A stretch of DNA of 64,000 nucleotides from contig JAUYOL010000001.1 in assembly GCA_030695905.1 (NCBI GenBank), positions 2,023 through 66,022 of the forward strand, in the 5' to 3' direction. The notes under the pieces were generated by a model. It was not told the DNA's origin. It worked only from the letters and a program-made list of their open reading frames with translations, and made no database searches. Shown one piece after another: positions 27,715-37,248 of this stretch. A program made the position numbers and the translations under genes. The DNA is from Candidatus Omnitrophota bacterium. Lineage in GTDB: Bacteria; Omnitrophota; Gorgyraeia; 2-01-FULL-45-10. Every line of letters begins with the position of its first letter. Within the stretch, counting starts at the first letter, position 1.

Positions 27715-29754
27715 CTATCTTAAGCTGGCGCCAAGATTGTCCTGAAGTGCGCGCACCGCGCGAGAATGGGCGTCCTGGACCTCTTTTTCCTCGAGCGTTC
27801 TATTAATATCCTGGTACTCCAGCCTGTAGGTAAGAGAAACTTTTCCTTCGGGGATCTGCCCGCCGCGGTACCTGTCTATGAGCTGAACCTTCTTCAATAA
27901 TTCGCCCGCGCTTTCTTTTATAAGAGAAGATATGCTGGCGTTCGACACGCTGCCGTCAACGACTATTGACACATCCCTTGTCGATGATGGGTATCGCGCG
28001 ATGTTTTTGAAGCGCTTCTCCATCGACGCGAGTGTTAAAAGTTCCTCGCAATTGATTTCAAACATATAAACTTTATCTTTTATATCAAAATTCTTTGCGA
28101 CCACGGGATCGATTTCGCCTATAATGCCTACAGGTTTTCCTGCGGCCTCTATAAGGGCACATGCGGCAGAAGAGAAAGTCTTGTCTTGCGCCTCTTTTAC
28201 GGAAAATTTTTCAATACCCAGGCTCATAAAAAGTGCTTCCAATACCCCTTTCAGATCAAACAGGTTCACCGGGCGTGATTTGCCGACCCATCCATCATAT
28301 ATTTCACCGGTAAGGCCCGCTGTGAGATTTCTTCTCTCCTCAAAAGAGTTTGCGCCTCTCGCAAAATAGACCCTGCCGAGCTCAAAAAGTTTAAGATCGT
28401 TATTTTTTCTATTTATATTATACCGAATGGTCTCGAGCATCCCGGGCATCGCTGATGGACGCAAAATTTGCTGCTGGGCTGATAAAGGATTTTTTACGGC
28501 CGCGGCGTCTTTATCGTCTATCCTCGCGAAAGCAAGTTCTTTTCTGCTAAGAAGACTATATGTAATAATCTCGAAAAGATGCAAGCTCTTTAAAACTTCG
28601 CGGATCTTATTATCTACATTGATGCCAAGAGGCAACCCCGGGCCTTTTTCCGTCACAAACGGCAGCGTCTCCGGAATATTATTGTACCCATATATCCTCG
28701 CCACTTCCTCTATCAGGTCTATTTCATTTTGCAGGTCCTGCCTGAAGTTCGGCGTTTCAAATTTTAATACGCCTTTCGACTGGGATTTGCTTTTTAAACC
28801 AAGGGATGCGAGAATCTTGTTTATCTTCGAGGACACTATATCTGTGCCCAGCACATTGTTAACTTTATCTACGCTGAGGCTTACTACTTTTTTTACCGGC
28901 TTTGCCTTCCCTATATCTATATAGTCCTGTGCTTGCCCGCCCGCGGCTTCCAATATAAGCGCTGTCGCCCTGTCCGACGCATATTTGATATTATCGATAT
29001 CTACTTTTCTTTCGAACCGATAGCTTGATTCGGTTGAAAGAGCTAATCTTCTCGCCGTTCTTCTGACGGAAACAGGGTCAAAATATGCCGCTTCTAATAG
29101 GATATCTTTTGTGCCGCTGCCGACTTCTGTCCTTACGCCTCCCATTACTCCCGCTATCGCGACAGGGCCGGAAGCATCCGCTATCACCAGCATAGATTCA
29201 TCAAGAGCTCTTTCAGAGCCGTCTATGATAACTATCTTTTCGCCTTTTTTAGCGTTACGGACTGTGAGGCTATTTCCGGAGAGATTACCCAGATCAAAAG
29301 CATGCATAGGCTCTCCCGTTTCGAATAAACAGAAGTTTGTAATATCTACTATATTATTTACACTTCTTAGCCCTATCGACTCGATCTTGTCTTTTAGCCA
29401 TTTGGGGGACTCACCCACTTTAACATTTCTTATTATGCGGGCGGTATACCGCGGACACAACTTCTTGTCTTCTACCTTAATAGGGAATCGGGATCCGGGG
29501 GCTGCGGGCCGTATAGTTTTTACAAAAGGGGGTTTTAACTTCTTTCCGGTGATCGCCGCGACTTCACGCGCCACGCCTATATATGAAAGCCAGTCCGGCC
29601 GATTCGAGGTTATCTCTATCTCAAGGACAGAATCCTGGCTTTTTCGTTCTATAGAACCTACGGATAAACCGGCCATGGTAAGAATTGCCGCGAGCTTTTC
29701 GGCGGGCATGCTTATATCAACGTAATCTTTTAACCAGCTATATGATACTTTCAT
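27715..29754 (-). CDS. pheT: Phenylalanine--tRNA ligase beta subunit
   Basis: 679 aa; B3/B4 and FDX-ACB-like regions; follows pheS. Confidence 0.85.
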   Translation of the reverse strand: MKVSYSWLKDYVDISMPAEKLAAILTMAGLSVGSIERKSQDSVLEIEITSNRPDWLSYIGVAREVAAITGKKLKPPFVKTIRPAAPGSRFPIKVEDKKLCPRYTARIIRNVKVGESPKWLKDKIESIGLRSVNNIVDITNFCLFETGEPMHAFDLGNLSGNSLTVRNAKKGEKIVIIDGSERALDESMLVIADASGPVAIAGVMGGVRTEVGSGTKDILLEAAYFDPVSVRRTARRLALSTESSYRFERKVDIDNIKYASDRATALILEAAGGQAQDYIDIGKAKPVKKVVSLSVDKVNNVLGTDIVSSKINKILASLGLKSKSQSKGVLKFETPNFRQDLQNEIDLIEEVARIYGYNNIPETLPFVTEKGPGLPLGINVDNKIREVLKSLHLFEIITYSLLSRKELAFARIDDKDAAAVKNPLSAQQQILRPSAMPGMLETIRYNINRKNNDLKLFELGRVYFARGANSFEERRNLTAGLTGEIYDGWVGKSRPVNLFDLKGVLEALFMSLGIEKFSVKEAQDKTFSSAACALIEAAGKPVGIIGEIDPVVAKNFDIKDKVYMFEINCEELLTLASMEKRFKNIARYPSSTRDVSIVVDGSVSNASISSLIKESAGELLKKVQLIDRYRGGQIPEGKVSLTYRLEYQDINRTLEEKEVQDAHSRAVRALQDNLGASLR

Positions 29755-29755
29755 A

Positions 29756-30790
29756 CTAAAATTGTCTTAGCATCCTTATGTCATTTTCAAAAAACATTCT
29801 TATGTCTGTGATACCATACTTTAATATAGCTATTCTCTCCACGCCCATGCCAAACGCGAAGCCTGTAACTTTTTCCGGGTTGTAACCTACATTCTTAAAT
29901 ACTTTGGGGTTTACCATGCCTGCGCCCAATATTTCGAGCCACCCATTGCCTGCGCATAGGCTGCATTTTTCTTGACCTTTGACCCTTGACCCTTGACCCT
30001 CGCATAATATGCACGAAATATCCACCTCGGCGCTTGGTTCAGTAAACGGAAAGAAGCTGGGGCGGAATCTCATCCTGGTCTTCTCACCAAACATCCTCTT
30101 GGCGAAAGTGATAAGGGCTCCTTTGAGATCGGAAAATTTTATATTTTCTCCGACCGCAAGGCCTTCAACCTGATGGAACATAAATGAGTGGGATGCGTCG
30201 GTAGCGTCGGGCCGGTAAACCTTGCCCGGTATGACTATCGCGAGCGGCCAGGGATTTTTTTCCATAAACCGCGCCTGCACCGGTGACGTGTGGCTCCTTA
30301 ATAACCATTTATCGGAAAGATAAAAGGTATCAAACGCGTCGCGCGACGGGTGTTCCAAGGGTATATTAAGGGCTTCAAAATTGTAATGCTCGTTCTCTAT
30401 CTCCGGCCCCTCAACGACTTTAAACCCAAGCGATACGAATACATCGCAAATTTGACTTATTGTCTGTGAGATAAGATGGGTGGCGCCTAATTCCGCCGGG
30501 ATACCGGGAAGTGTTATATCGACTTTCTCCAGTTTCGCGCCGCCGGTTGCGGACGCGCCTTGCGCCTTCTCATCAAGCGCTTTCGTAACATCGCTCTTCA
30601 GCGCGTTAATAAGCTGCCCGACCTCTCCTTTTTGCTCGGGCGGAACCTGCCCCATCATTTTAAATAATTCTGTGATAAGGCCTTTTCGCCCCAAATATTT
30701 TATACGTAGTTTTTCTACAGCATCGCTATCTGAAGCGGCGCCTATGTCAGCGAGCGCATTGGTCTTAAGATCTTTGATTTTTTCTTTCAC
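29756..30790 (-). CDS. pheS: Phenylalanine--tRNA ligase alpha subunit
   Basis: Class II motifs (FPFTEPSAEVD, GAGMVNP); contains a CxxC-x16-CxxC insertion. Confidence 0.9.
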   Translation of the reverse strand: MKEKIKDLKTNALADIGAASDSDAVEKLRIKYLGRKGLITELFKMMGQVPPEQKGEVGQLINALKSDVTKALDEKAQGASATGGAKLEKVDITLPGIPAELGATHLISQTISQICDVFVSLGFKVVEGPEIENEHYNFEALNIPLEHPSRDAFDTFYLSDKWLLRSHTSPVQARFMEKNPWPLAIVIPGKVYRPDATDASHSFMFHQVEGLAVGENIKFSDLKGALITFAKRMFGEKTRMRFRPSFFPFTEPSAEVDISCILCEGQGSRVKGQEKCSLCAGNGWLEILGAGMVNPKVFKNVGYNPEKVTGFAFGMGVERIAILKYGITDIRMFFENDIRMLRQF

Positions 30791-30823
30791 CTATAAAATC
30801 CTTGCGACCCTAAAAAACTTATT

Positions 30824-31171
30824 TTACGCCTTAGCCATCTCTACAAGCCTACCAAATGCCTTCTTATCCGAAACAGCCAGTTCGGCAAGTATCTTTCTAT
30901 CGACAAGAACTTTCAGCTTTTTTAGCCCAGCCATAAATTTTGAATAAGAGATATCGTGTTCCCTGCACGCCGCGTTTATTCTGACTATCCAAAGTGAACG
31001 GAAGTCTCTTTTTTTGGCTTTCCTGTCTCTAAAAGCGTAGCTTCTTCCTTTTGCCACTGATTCCATAGCTCGACGGTAAAATCTGTGACGCCCGCCCCAC
31101 TGGCCTTCAGCAGCCTTAAGTATTCTTTTTCTGTGTCTTTTTGTCGCAACCGCGTGTTTTACTTTACTCAT
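30824..31171 (-). CDS. rplT: 50S ribosomal protein L20
   Basis: 115 aa, KRHRKRILKAAEG..., strongly basic. Confidence 0.9.
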   Translation of the reverse strand: MSKVKHAVATKRHRKRILKAAEGQWGGRHRFYRRAMESVAKGRSYAFRDRKAKKRDFRSLWIVRINAACREHDISYSKFMAGLKKLKVLVDRKILAELAVSDKKAFGRLVEMAKA

Positions 31172-31187
31172 TTCCCCTCCTCCTTAA

Positions 31188-31388
31188 TTACGCACCGTAA
31201 GGCAAAAGCAGTCTTATCGCTGAGCTGTCTGCCTTAGAGACGTACCCGGCCTTGCCAAGCTGTCTCTTGCGCTTAGACGCTTTCCCGCCCAATAGATGCC
31301 TTCTGCCTGCCTTCCAATGTTTAATCTTACCTCTTTTACTTATACGTATTCTTTTTTTGACACTTTTACTTGTCTTAAGTTTTGGCAT
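31188..31388 (-). CDS. rpmI: 50S ribosomal protein L35
   Basis: 66 aa, MPKLKTSKSVKKR.. Confidence 0.85.
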   Translation of the reverse strand: MPKLKTSKSVKKRIRISKRGKIKHWKAGRRHLLGGKASKRKRQLGKAGYVSKADSSAIRLLLPYGA

Positions 31389-31412
31389 TGTATCGCCTCC
31401 TAAAGATTATAT

Positions 31413-31922
31413 TTATTTTGCCCTGATAATCATATTGATAAATCGGCCTTCGAGCCTTGGAGACTCCTCGATCTCTCCTATGCTTGAAATATCACTCGAC
31501 AACTTATCCAGGATCTTGCGGCCTAAATCGATATGCGCCATCTCTCTGCCTCTGAATATCATAGTAACCTTTACCTTGTCGCCTTTCTTCAGAAAGTCCT
31601 CGAGATGTCTTAGTTTAAATTGGTAATCGTGTTCGCCTATCTTGGGCCCCATGCGGATCTCTTTTATATGCACTACCTTCTGCTTTTTCCTGGCTTCCTT
31701 CTCCTTCTTTTCCTGTTCGTATTTATACCTGGAGTGGTCCATGATCCTGCAGACAGGCGGCACTGCGGTTGGAGCTATCTCCACCAAATCGAGCCCCACT
31801 TCCTCGGATTTTTTCAGCGCGTCCTGGATACTCATTACACCCAGCTGCTCGCCGCTATCACCAATAACTCTTACTTCTCTGGCCCTTATTCTATGGTTGA
31901 TTCGTATCTCTTTCTTAAAAAT
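31413..31922 (-). CDS. infC: Translation initiation factor IF-3, probable ATT start codon
   Basis: The ATG ORF 31413..31835 lacks the conserved N-terminus. The in-frame upstream extension (I)FKKEIRINHRIRAREVRVIGDSGEQLGVMS aligns with the IF3 N-terminus; ATT at 31922-31920 lies 9 nt after GGAGG. Confidence 0.8.
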   Translation of the reverse strand: MFKKEIRINHRIRAREVRVIGDSGEQLGVMSIQDALKKSEEVGLDLVEIAPTAVPPVCRIMDHSRYKYEQEKKEKEARKKQKVVHIKEIRMGPKIGEHDYQFKLRHLEDFLKKGDKVKVTMIFRGREMAHIDLGRKILDKLSSDISSIGEIEESPRLEGRFINMIIRAK

Positions 31923-31947
31923 ACTAAACCACCTCCCCTCTCGTTTT

Positions 31948-33663
31948 TTACCTGACCTTCTTTTCTATCTCTTCTTTTATTCTCTCCACAAATTCGCTTA
32001 ATTTCATTCTGCCGATATCGCCCTGCGCCTTCGATCTTACAGAGATCATCCCTATGGACTCTTCTTTTTCTCCGATAACTATCATATAGGGTATCTTTTC
32101 CATTTCCGCGTCACGCACCTTTTTCTGCAACCTTTCATTTCTGAAATCTATGTCCACGCGAATGTCCAGGCCCATAAGCGTCTTTCTTATATTTTCGGCG
32201 TATACACTCGCCTTGTCCGAAACCGGTATTATTATGCATTGGACCGGCGCGAGCCATAAAGGCATTGCCCCCGCGAAATGCTCTATCAGGGCCCCCATAA
32301 ACCTTTCAAGACTGCCGAGTATGACGCGATGCAGCATTATCGGGCGGTATTCTTTGCCGTCCTGCCCTATATATTTCAGGTCAAACCTTTCGGGTAGCGC
32401 AAAGTCGCATTGTATAGTCGCGCATTGCCACTCTCTTTTTAGCGCATCTTTTAATTTTATATCTATCTTGGGGCCATAAAACGCGCCCTCGCCCTCATTT
32501 ATCTCGTAATTCAATTGTTTTTTCTTCAGAGAATTGATAAGTGCCGCCTGCGCTAGTTCCCAGTCCTCATCCGTGCCGATAGACTTTTCCGGCCTCGTAG
32601 AAACTTCTATCGAAAAATCATCAAATCCAAACGCGTTCAGCGTATCTATGACGAAGTCTATGACATTAACGATTTCGTCTTCAACCTGGTCCTTTAAACA
32701 AAATATATGCGCGTCGTCCTGGGTAAAACCCCTGACACGCAGAAGGCCGTGCAGGACTCCTGATTTCTCATTTCTATAAACGGTGCCGAGTTCAAAAAAC
32801 TTTAGAGGCAGGTCCTTATAGCTCCTGGTCTTGGACTTGTACACCATTATATGATTGGGACAATTCATAGGCTTAATGGCATACTCCTGCTTCTCTATCT
32901 TGAACATGTACATATTCTCTTTGTAATAATCGTAGTGGCCGCTTTTAATCCACACGTCACTTTTAAGTATGTGCGGGCCTATTACAAGTTCATACCCCCG
33001 TCTTAGGTGTTCGTTTCTTATATATTCTTCGATCAGCGTCCTAAGCCTCGCGCCCTTGGGGTGATATAATACGAGCCCCGGGCCCATTTCATCGCTTAAG
33101 CTAAAATATTCAAGTTGCTTGCCAAGGACTCTGTGGTCTCTCTTCTTGGCTTCCTCGATCATCTTTATATAATTTTCCAGATCTTTTTGCGTCGGGAATG
33201 CCGTGCCATATATACGCTGCAGCATAGGATTTGTCTCTATGCCGTGCCAATAAGCGCCGGCTACGGAAAGAAGCTTAAACGCTTTTATCTCACCTGTGGA
33301 GTGTATATGCGGCCCGCGGCAGAGATCTACAAAATCCCCGTTTTTGTATAATGAAACTGTATCCCCAGGGATCTTTTCTATTAATTCTATCTTGTACTTC
33401 TCGTCCATTTTTTTAAAAAGTTTTAACGCTTCTTTTTTGCTTATTTCTTCTCTCTCAAAAAGATAGTCTTTTTTTACAATATCGCGCATCTTCGTTTCTA
33501 TCTTATTGATATCGTCAGGAGAGAATGGTTCTTCGCGCTCAAAGTCGTAATAGAATCCGTCCTCTATCGACGGGCCTATGCCCAATTTAGCGTCGGGCCA
33601 CAAGATTTTGACTGCCTGCGCCATAACATGTGCCGTACTATGTCTTAGTGCGTCTAAGTCCAC
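31948..33663 (-). CDS. thrS: Threonine--tRNA ligase (lacks N-terminal TGS domain)
   Basis: 571 aa; begins at the N2/editing-domain equivalent (RHSTAHVMAQA..); class II catalytic and anticodon-binding domains; GTG start abutting tRNA-Leu. Confidence 0.9.
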   Translation of the reverse strand: MDLDALRHSTAHVMAQAVKILWPDAKLGIGPSIEDGFYYDFEREEPFSPDDINKIETKMRDIVKKDYLFEREEISKKEALKLFKKMDEKYKIELIEKIPGDTVSLYKNGDFVDLCRGPHIHSTGEIKAFKLLSVAGAYWHGIETNPMLQRIYGTAFPTQKDLENYIKMIEEAKKRDHRVLGKQLEYFSLSDEMGPGLVLYHPKGARLRTLIEEYIRNEHLRRGYELVIGPHILKSDVWIKSGHYDYYKENMYMFKIEKQEYAIKPMNCPNHIMVYKSKTRSYKDLPLKFFELGTVYRNEKSGVLHGLLRVRGFTQDDAHIFCLKDQVEDEIVNVIDFVIDTLNAFGFDDFSIEVSTRPEKSIGTDEDWELAQAALINSLKKKQLNYEINEGEGAFYGPKIDIKLKDALKREWQCATIQCDFALPERFDLKYIGQDGKEYRPIMLHRVILGSLERFMGALIEHFAGAMPLWLAPVQCIIIPVSDKASVYAENIRKTLMGLDIRVDIDFRNERLQKKVRDAEMEKIPYMIVIGEKEESIGMISVRSKAQGDIGRMKLSEFVERIKEEIEKKVR

Positions 33664-33684
33664 TTATCACCCTACGTCTTTAAT

Positions 33685-33770
33685 TGGTGGGCAAGGAGGG
33701 AGTTGAACCCTCACGACCTTGCGGCCAAAGGATTTTAAGTCCTTCGTGTATGCCATTCCACCACTTGCCC
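33685..33770 (-). tRNA. tRNA-Leu (anticodon TAA)
   Basis: Hand-folded cloverleaf: acceptor GGGCAAG/CTTGCCC, anticodon stem AAGGA/TCCTT, loop CTTAAAA, long variable arm, T-loop TTCAACT, encoded CCA. Confidence 0.85.
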
Positions 33771-33786
33771 ACACAATTTGCTTTTA

Positions 33787-33863
33787 TGGTGGACGCGACA
33801 GGACTTGAACCTGTGACCCCTTCCATGTCAAGGAAGTGCTCTAGCCAACTGAGCTACGCGTCC
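33787..33863 (-). tRNA. tRNA-Val (anticodon GAC)
   Basis: Acceptor GGACGCG/CGCGTCC, anticodon loop TTGACAT, T-loop TTCAAGT, encoded CCA. Confidence 0.85.
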
Positions 33864-33883
33864 ATCATCCTGCTTCATAAATT

Positions 33884-33958
33884 TGGAGGCGCGGAGCGGA
33901 ATTGAACCGCTGTATAGGAGTTTTGCAGACTCCTGCCTTACCGCTTGGCTACCGCGCC
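33884..33958 (-). tRNA. tRNA-Cys (anticodon GCA)
   Basis: Acceptor GGCGCGG/CCGCGCC, anticodon loop CTGCAAA, T-loop TTCAATT, encoded CCA. Confidence 0.85.
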
Positions 33959-34402
33959 CTATCTCGGCTTACCGGCGGTGCTCTGCACCCACTCCACAGA
34001 GCCGTTAACCCTTACAAGGTTACGGCCGAGCTTGCCGTGGTTGCCATCCTTATCGTAAAGGATGACTTCCGTCCCGCTGGAAGATTCTGTAAGACCGCTA
34101 ATATATTCATAACTTGCTTCTTCGGTCGTGCCTCTTACAGAGCCTGCCGGACAATCAAAGATCTTTTCTTTCTTAATATATTCCGGATATAATTGCGTTA
34201 AAGAACCGGGGAATGTTTCATCGTGATCCGCCGCGTACATATGCAGCCCAAGGCTCACCATCCGCGCGTTATTCGAGCATTTTATAATATTGGATCGTTC
34301 CTTCATTTTATTGACGAGCGGAGTAAGCGCGGCGAACGTAAGTGTAAATATAACCACCACTATCAACAGCTCTACTAATGTTACCGCCCTATTTGCTCTC
34401 AT
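33959..34402 (-). CDS. Prepilin-type N-terminal domain protein (pseudopilin-like)
   Basis: MRANRA-VTLVELLIVVVIFTL is a type IV pilin-like leader plus hydrophobic N-terminal helix; 147 aa; 4-nt overlap with coaB. Confidence 0.5.
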   Translation of the reverse strand: MRANRAVTLVELLIVVVIFTLTFAALTPLVNKMKERSNIIKCSNNARMVSLGLHMYAADHDETFPGSLTQLYPEYIKKEKIFDCPAGSVRGTTEEASYEYISGLTESSSGTEVILYDKDGNHGKLGRNLVRVNGSVEWVQSTAGKPR

Positions 34403-35046
34403 GCTCTATTTCCCGCCCCAAGCTTCAAAGCCTTGTCTATAATCATTCCGGCCAGTTCCTTTTTTGACTTATTGTGTATTCTGGCCTTATTCCCAAACTT
34501 ATCTACAGTGACCACATCTATTGCCTTATCGCCGAAGATGTTAGATTTTCCCGCGAGCCTGTTCGCTACGATAAGATCCAGATTTTTGTCTTTTAATTTT
34601 TTGAGCGCGTTTCTTTCCAGGTTCTCGGTTTCGAGCGCAAACCCAACTGCTATCCTATTTCTCTTTTTTGCGCCCAGCTCGGCTAATATGTCCGGAGTTT
34701 CTATCAATTCTATCGTCTTTTTGGGACTTTTCTTTATCTTCCTCTTCGCGGAATATATCGGACGCCAATCCGCGACAGCGGCCGTCATCACGACACAATC
34801 GGCTTTCCTAAATTCATCGAGAACCGCGCGCCTCATATCGAGCGAGCTCTCCACGCTAATAAACTTTACACCCGATGGAGCTTTTAAGGCCGTTGGCCCG
34901 CTTATAAGCGTCACCGTAAGCCCGCGCCGTTTCGCCTCTTTAGCGATTTCGTACCCGAATACTCCTGTAGAATAATTTGATATGAACCTTACCGGATCGA
35001 TTCTTTCCCTGGTCGGCCCCGCCGCGACAAGAATTCTTTTAATCAT
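34399..35046 (-). CDS. coaB: Phosphopantothenate--cysteine ligase (stand-alone CoaB)
   Basis: 215 aa CoaB-like; separate ORF overlapping coaC by 4 nt. Confidence 0.8.
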   Translation of the reverse strand: MIKRILVAAGPTRERIDPVRFISNYSTGVFGYEIAKEAKRRGLTVTLISGPTALKAPSGVKFISVESSLDMRRAVLDEFRKADCVVMTAAVADWRPIYSAKRKIKKSPKKTIELIETPDILAELGAKKRNRIAVGFALETENLERNALKKLKDKNLDLIVANRLAGKSNIFGDKAIDVVTVDKFGNKARIHNKSKKELAGMIIDKALKLGAGNRA

Positions 35047-35585
35047 CTTCTGACGAGCTTCTTTACTTCTTTAACTACATCTTCTGTACAGGATATGTGG
35101 CCGATGGCATCATGGCCACACGCAAGATGCCCTTTAATTGGGCCGACAAATGAATAGCCCACTTTTTTAAGCTTTGCTATATTTTCCTGCAGTATAGCGT
35201 GATTATACATTTTTTCGTTCATCGCCGGCGCTATTAGTATCGGCGCCTTTGTAGCATAGACAACACATGTTAAAAGGTCATCACATATGCCGCCGGCTAA
35301 CTTGCCTATAACATTTGCGGTGGCCGGCGCTATGAGAACTAATGACGCGCTGTCTGCCAGTGATGTATGCACCGGTTCCCATTTTTGCGGAGGCTCAAAC
35401 ATGTCGGTGAATACTTTGTTGCCCGACAGCGCCTGTAAAGTAAGCGGAGTAATAAAATTGGCGCCTTCTTTTGTAAGTATAACCTTTACATCGAACAACG
35501 ATTTCTTTAGCGCGCTTACTATCTCACACGCCCTGTATGCCGCTATACTGCCCGTAACTCCTACTATTATCGTTTTTGGCGTCAC
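35043..35585 (-). CDS. coaC: Phosphopantothenoylcysteine decarboxylase flavoprotein (stand-alone CoaC)
   Basis: 180 aa; VGVTGSIAAYRA flavoprotein N-terminus. Confidence 0.8.
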   Translation of the reverse strand: MTPKTIIVGVTGSIAAYRACEIVSALKKSLFDVKVILTKEGANFITPLTLQALSGNKVFTDMFEPPQKWEPVHTSLADSASLVLIAPATANVIGKLAGGICDDLLTCVVYATKAPILIAPAMNEKMYNHAILQENIAKLKKVGYSFVGPIKGHLACGHDAIGHISCTEDVVKEVKKLVRR

Positions 35586-35785
35586 TTTACCTCTTTGATT
35601 TTATATTCGACCTTGCCGGCAAGTATTTCATCCAGCGCAACGTGCGCGGGTTTGGTGTCCACAGGATCATCAACCAGCTTCTGTGCCCCGTCGGCAAGTT
35701 CTATCGCGCGCCGTGAGGCTAAGATAGTAAGTTTATAAATAGAGTGCGTCTTATCGAGCAGCTTATCCATCGGTATGTCCTGCAT
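35582..35785 (-). CDS. rpoZ: DNA-directed RNA polymerase subunit omega
   Basis: 67 aa; conserved gmk-rpoZ-coaBC neighbourhood. Confidence 0.7.
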   Translation of the reverse strand: MQDIPMDKLLDKTHSIYKLTILASRRAIELADGAQKLVDDPVDTKPAHVALDEILAGKVEYKIKEVK

Positions 35786-36356
35786 TTAGAGTCTCCTTCT
35801 TTATTATGTTTTTGAGCTTTCTGCAGGCCGTATCGAGCCTGTCATTTACTACTACGTAATCGTATCTTCCTTTATATTTAATTTCATGCTTCGCTATCTT
35901 CAGCCTGTTAGATATAGAATGCGCCGGGTCGGTCATTCTTGATTCAAGCCGTTTTTTAAGCACCCCCAGCGTGGGCGGCATTATGAATATCAATACACTT
36001 TTGCCAGGATAAAGCGCGCTTATCCTGGCCGCGCCCTTTACATCTATGCTCAAAAGAACGTTCTTGCCCTTCGCCAGCAGGTTCTCGACAAATTTTTTAG
36101 GCGTTCCGTAAAAATAACCGAAATTCTCCTCGTTCTCTAAAAATTCTTTCCTCTTCGCCATCGCGCGAAACTCTTCCAGCGAGACGAAAAAATAGTCCTT
36201 CCCTTCGATTTCGCCTGGACGGGGAGGACGAGTGGTGACTGACACCGAGTGGCTTAAATTTAATTTGTGCCGCAAGAGCTTCTTGCACAAGGTCGTCTTG
36301 CCGCAACCGGAAGGAGCGGAGACTATAAAAAGTTTTCCCTCGCGCATAGAGTGCAT
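35763..36356 (-). CDS. gmk: Guanylate kinase
   Basis: P-loop SAPSGCGKTTL; 197 aa. Confidence 0.9.
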   Translation of the reverse strand: MHSMREGKLFIVSAPSGCGKTTLCKKLLRHKLNLSHSVSVTTRPPRPGEIEGKDYFFVSLEEFRAMAKRKEFLENEENFGYFYGTPKKFVENLLAKGKNVLLSIDVKGAARISALYPGKSVLIFIMPPTLGVLKKRLESRMTDPAHSISNRLKIAKHEIKYKGRYDYVVVNDRLDTACRKLKNIIKKETLNAGHTDG

Positions 36357-37222
36357 TATTCTATATTCTTCGCTTGTTCGCGTATCTTTTCGATTTCGCT
36401 CTTTATCTCTATGACGTTCTTTGATATCTTAAAGTCGCTCGATTTTGAGCCTATCGTATTTGTCTCTCTGTGCAATTCCTGGGCGATAAAATCTATCTTC
36501 TTTCCGGCCTCGCCATTAAGGGCCATCGTCCTTTTAAAATTCGCCAGATGATTCTTAAGCCGCGCGATCTCCTCGGATATGTCGCTATTTTTCGCGAATA
36601 TCGCCACTTCCATCTCAAGCCTGCCCTTGTCTATATTGTGGCCGCTGGTCAAATCTTTGACTCTCTCGGCAAATCTTTCTCTGTATTCCTTGATATTAAG
36701 ATGCGCCCTGGATTTTATTTCGGTAAGCATCTTAACTATATTATCTACTCTCTTACACAGATCGCGATATGTGGCATGGCCTTCTTTTTCCCTGTCTACG
36801 ACTAATCTGCCAAGCGCCAATAACAGGGCTTTTTCCACCTTCGGCCATAAACTCGTCAGCCCTTCTTGTGTTACTTCATAATTTATTACGCCCGGCAAAG
36901 CAACCATGTCCTTCATGCCAAGCGAATCTTCGAAACCGAGATGTTTCTTCAGGCTCAAAAGACCCGTATAATAACTCTTTGCCAATTTTTTATTTATTGT
37001 TATTATCTCTTCTTTAGAGACCTTGTTATCGTAAATTATACTTACGTTTACCTTGCCCCTTTGTATCTTCTTTTGTAAAACTTCTTTTATTCTATCCTCA
37101 AACGGCATCACCACTTCGGGAAGTTTAAGGCTGGCATCAAAAAATTTATGATTAACGGTCTTTATCTCGACTATTATTTCGCCGCCTTTAAACTTTACTC
37201 CCGCCTTGCCGAATCCTGTCAT
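36356..37222 (-). CDS. yicC: YicC-family protein
   Basis: MTGFGKAG... is the YicC N-terminus. The track ORF extends to 37333 and overlaps ndk; the start at 37222 is inferred. Confidence 0.75.
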   Translation of the reverse strand: MTGFGKAGVKFKGGEIIVEIKTVNHKFFDASLKLPEVVMPFEDRIKEVLQKKIQRGKVNVSIIYDNKVSKEEIITINKKLAKSYYTGLLSLKKHLGFEDSLGMKDMVALPGVINYEVTQEGLTSLWPKVEKALLLALGRLVVDREKEGHATYRDLCKRVDNIVKMLTEIKSRAHLNIKEYRERFAERVKDLTSGHNIDKGRLEMEVAIFAKNSDISEEIARLKNHLANFKRTMALNGEAGKKIDFIAQELHRETNTIGSKSSDFKISKNVIEIKSEIEKIREQAKNIE

Positions 37223-37248
37223 CGACTTAATCACGATTATCCCCCGCC

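Noticed and set aside
29975-30002. Tandem heptamer repeat TTGACCC x3 to 4 (tcttgacctttgacccttgacccttgaccct) that looks like a micro-satellite or CRISPR-like repeat
   Set aside because: It lies inside pheS and encodes EGQGSRVKGQE, the spacer of a CxxC-x16-CxxC zinc-ribbon insertion of the kind seen in many bacterial PheS proteins. It is a coding repeat, not an array.
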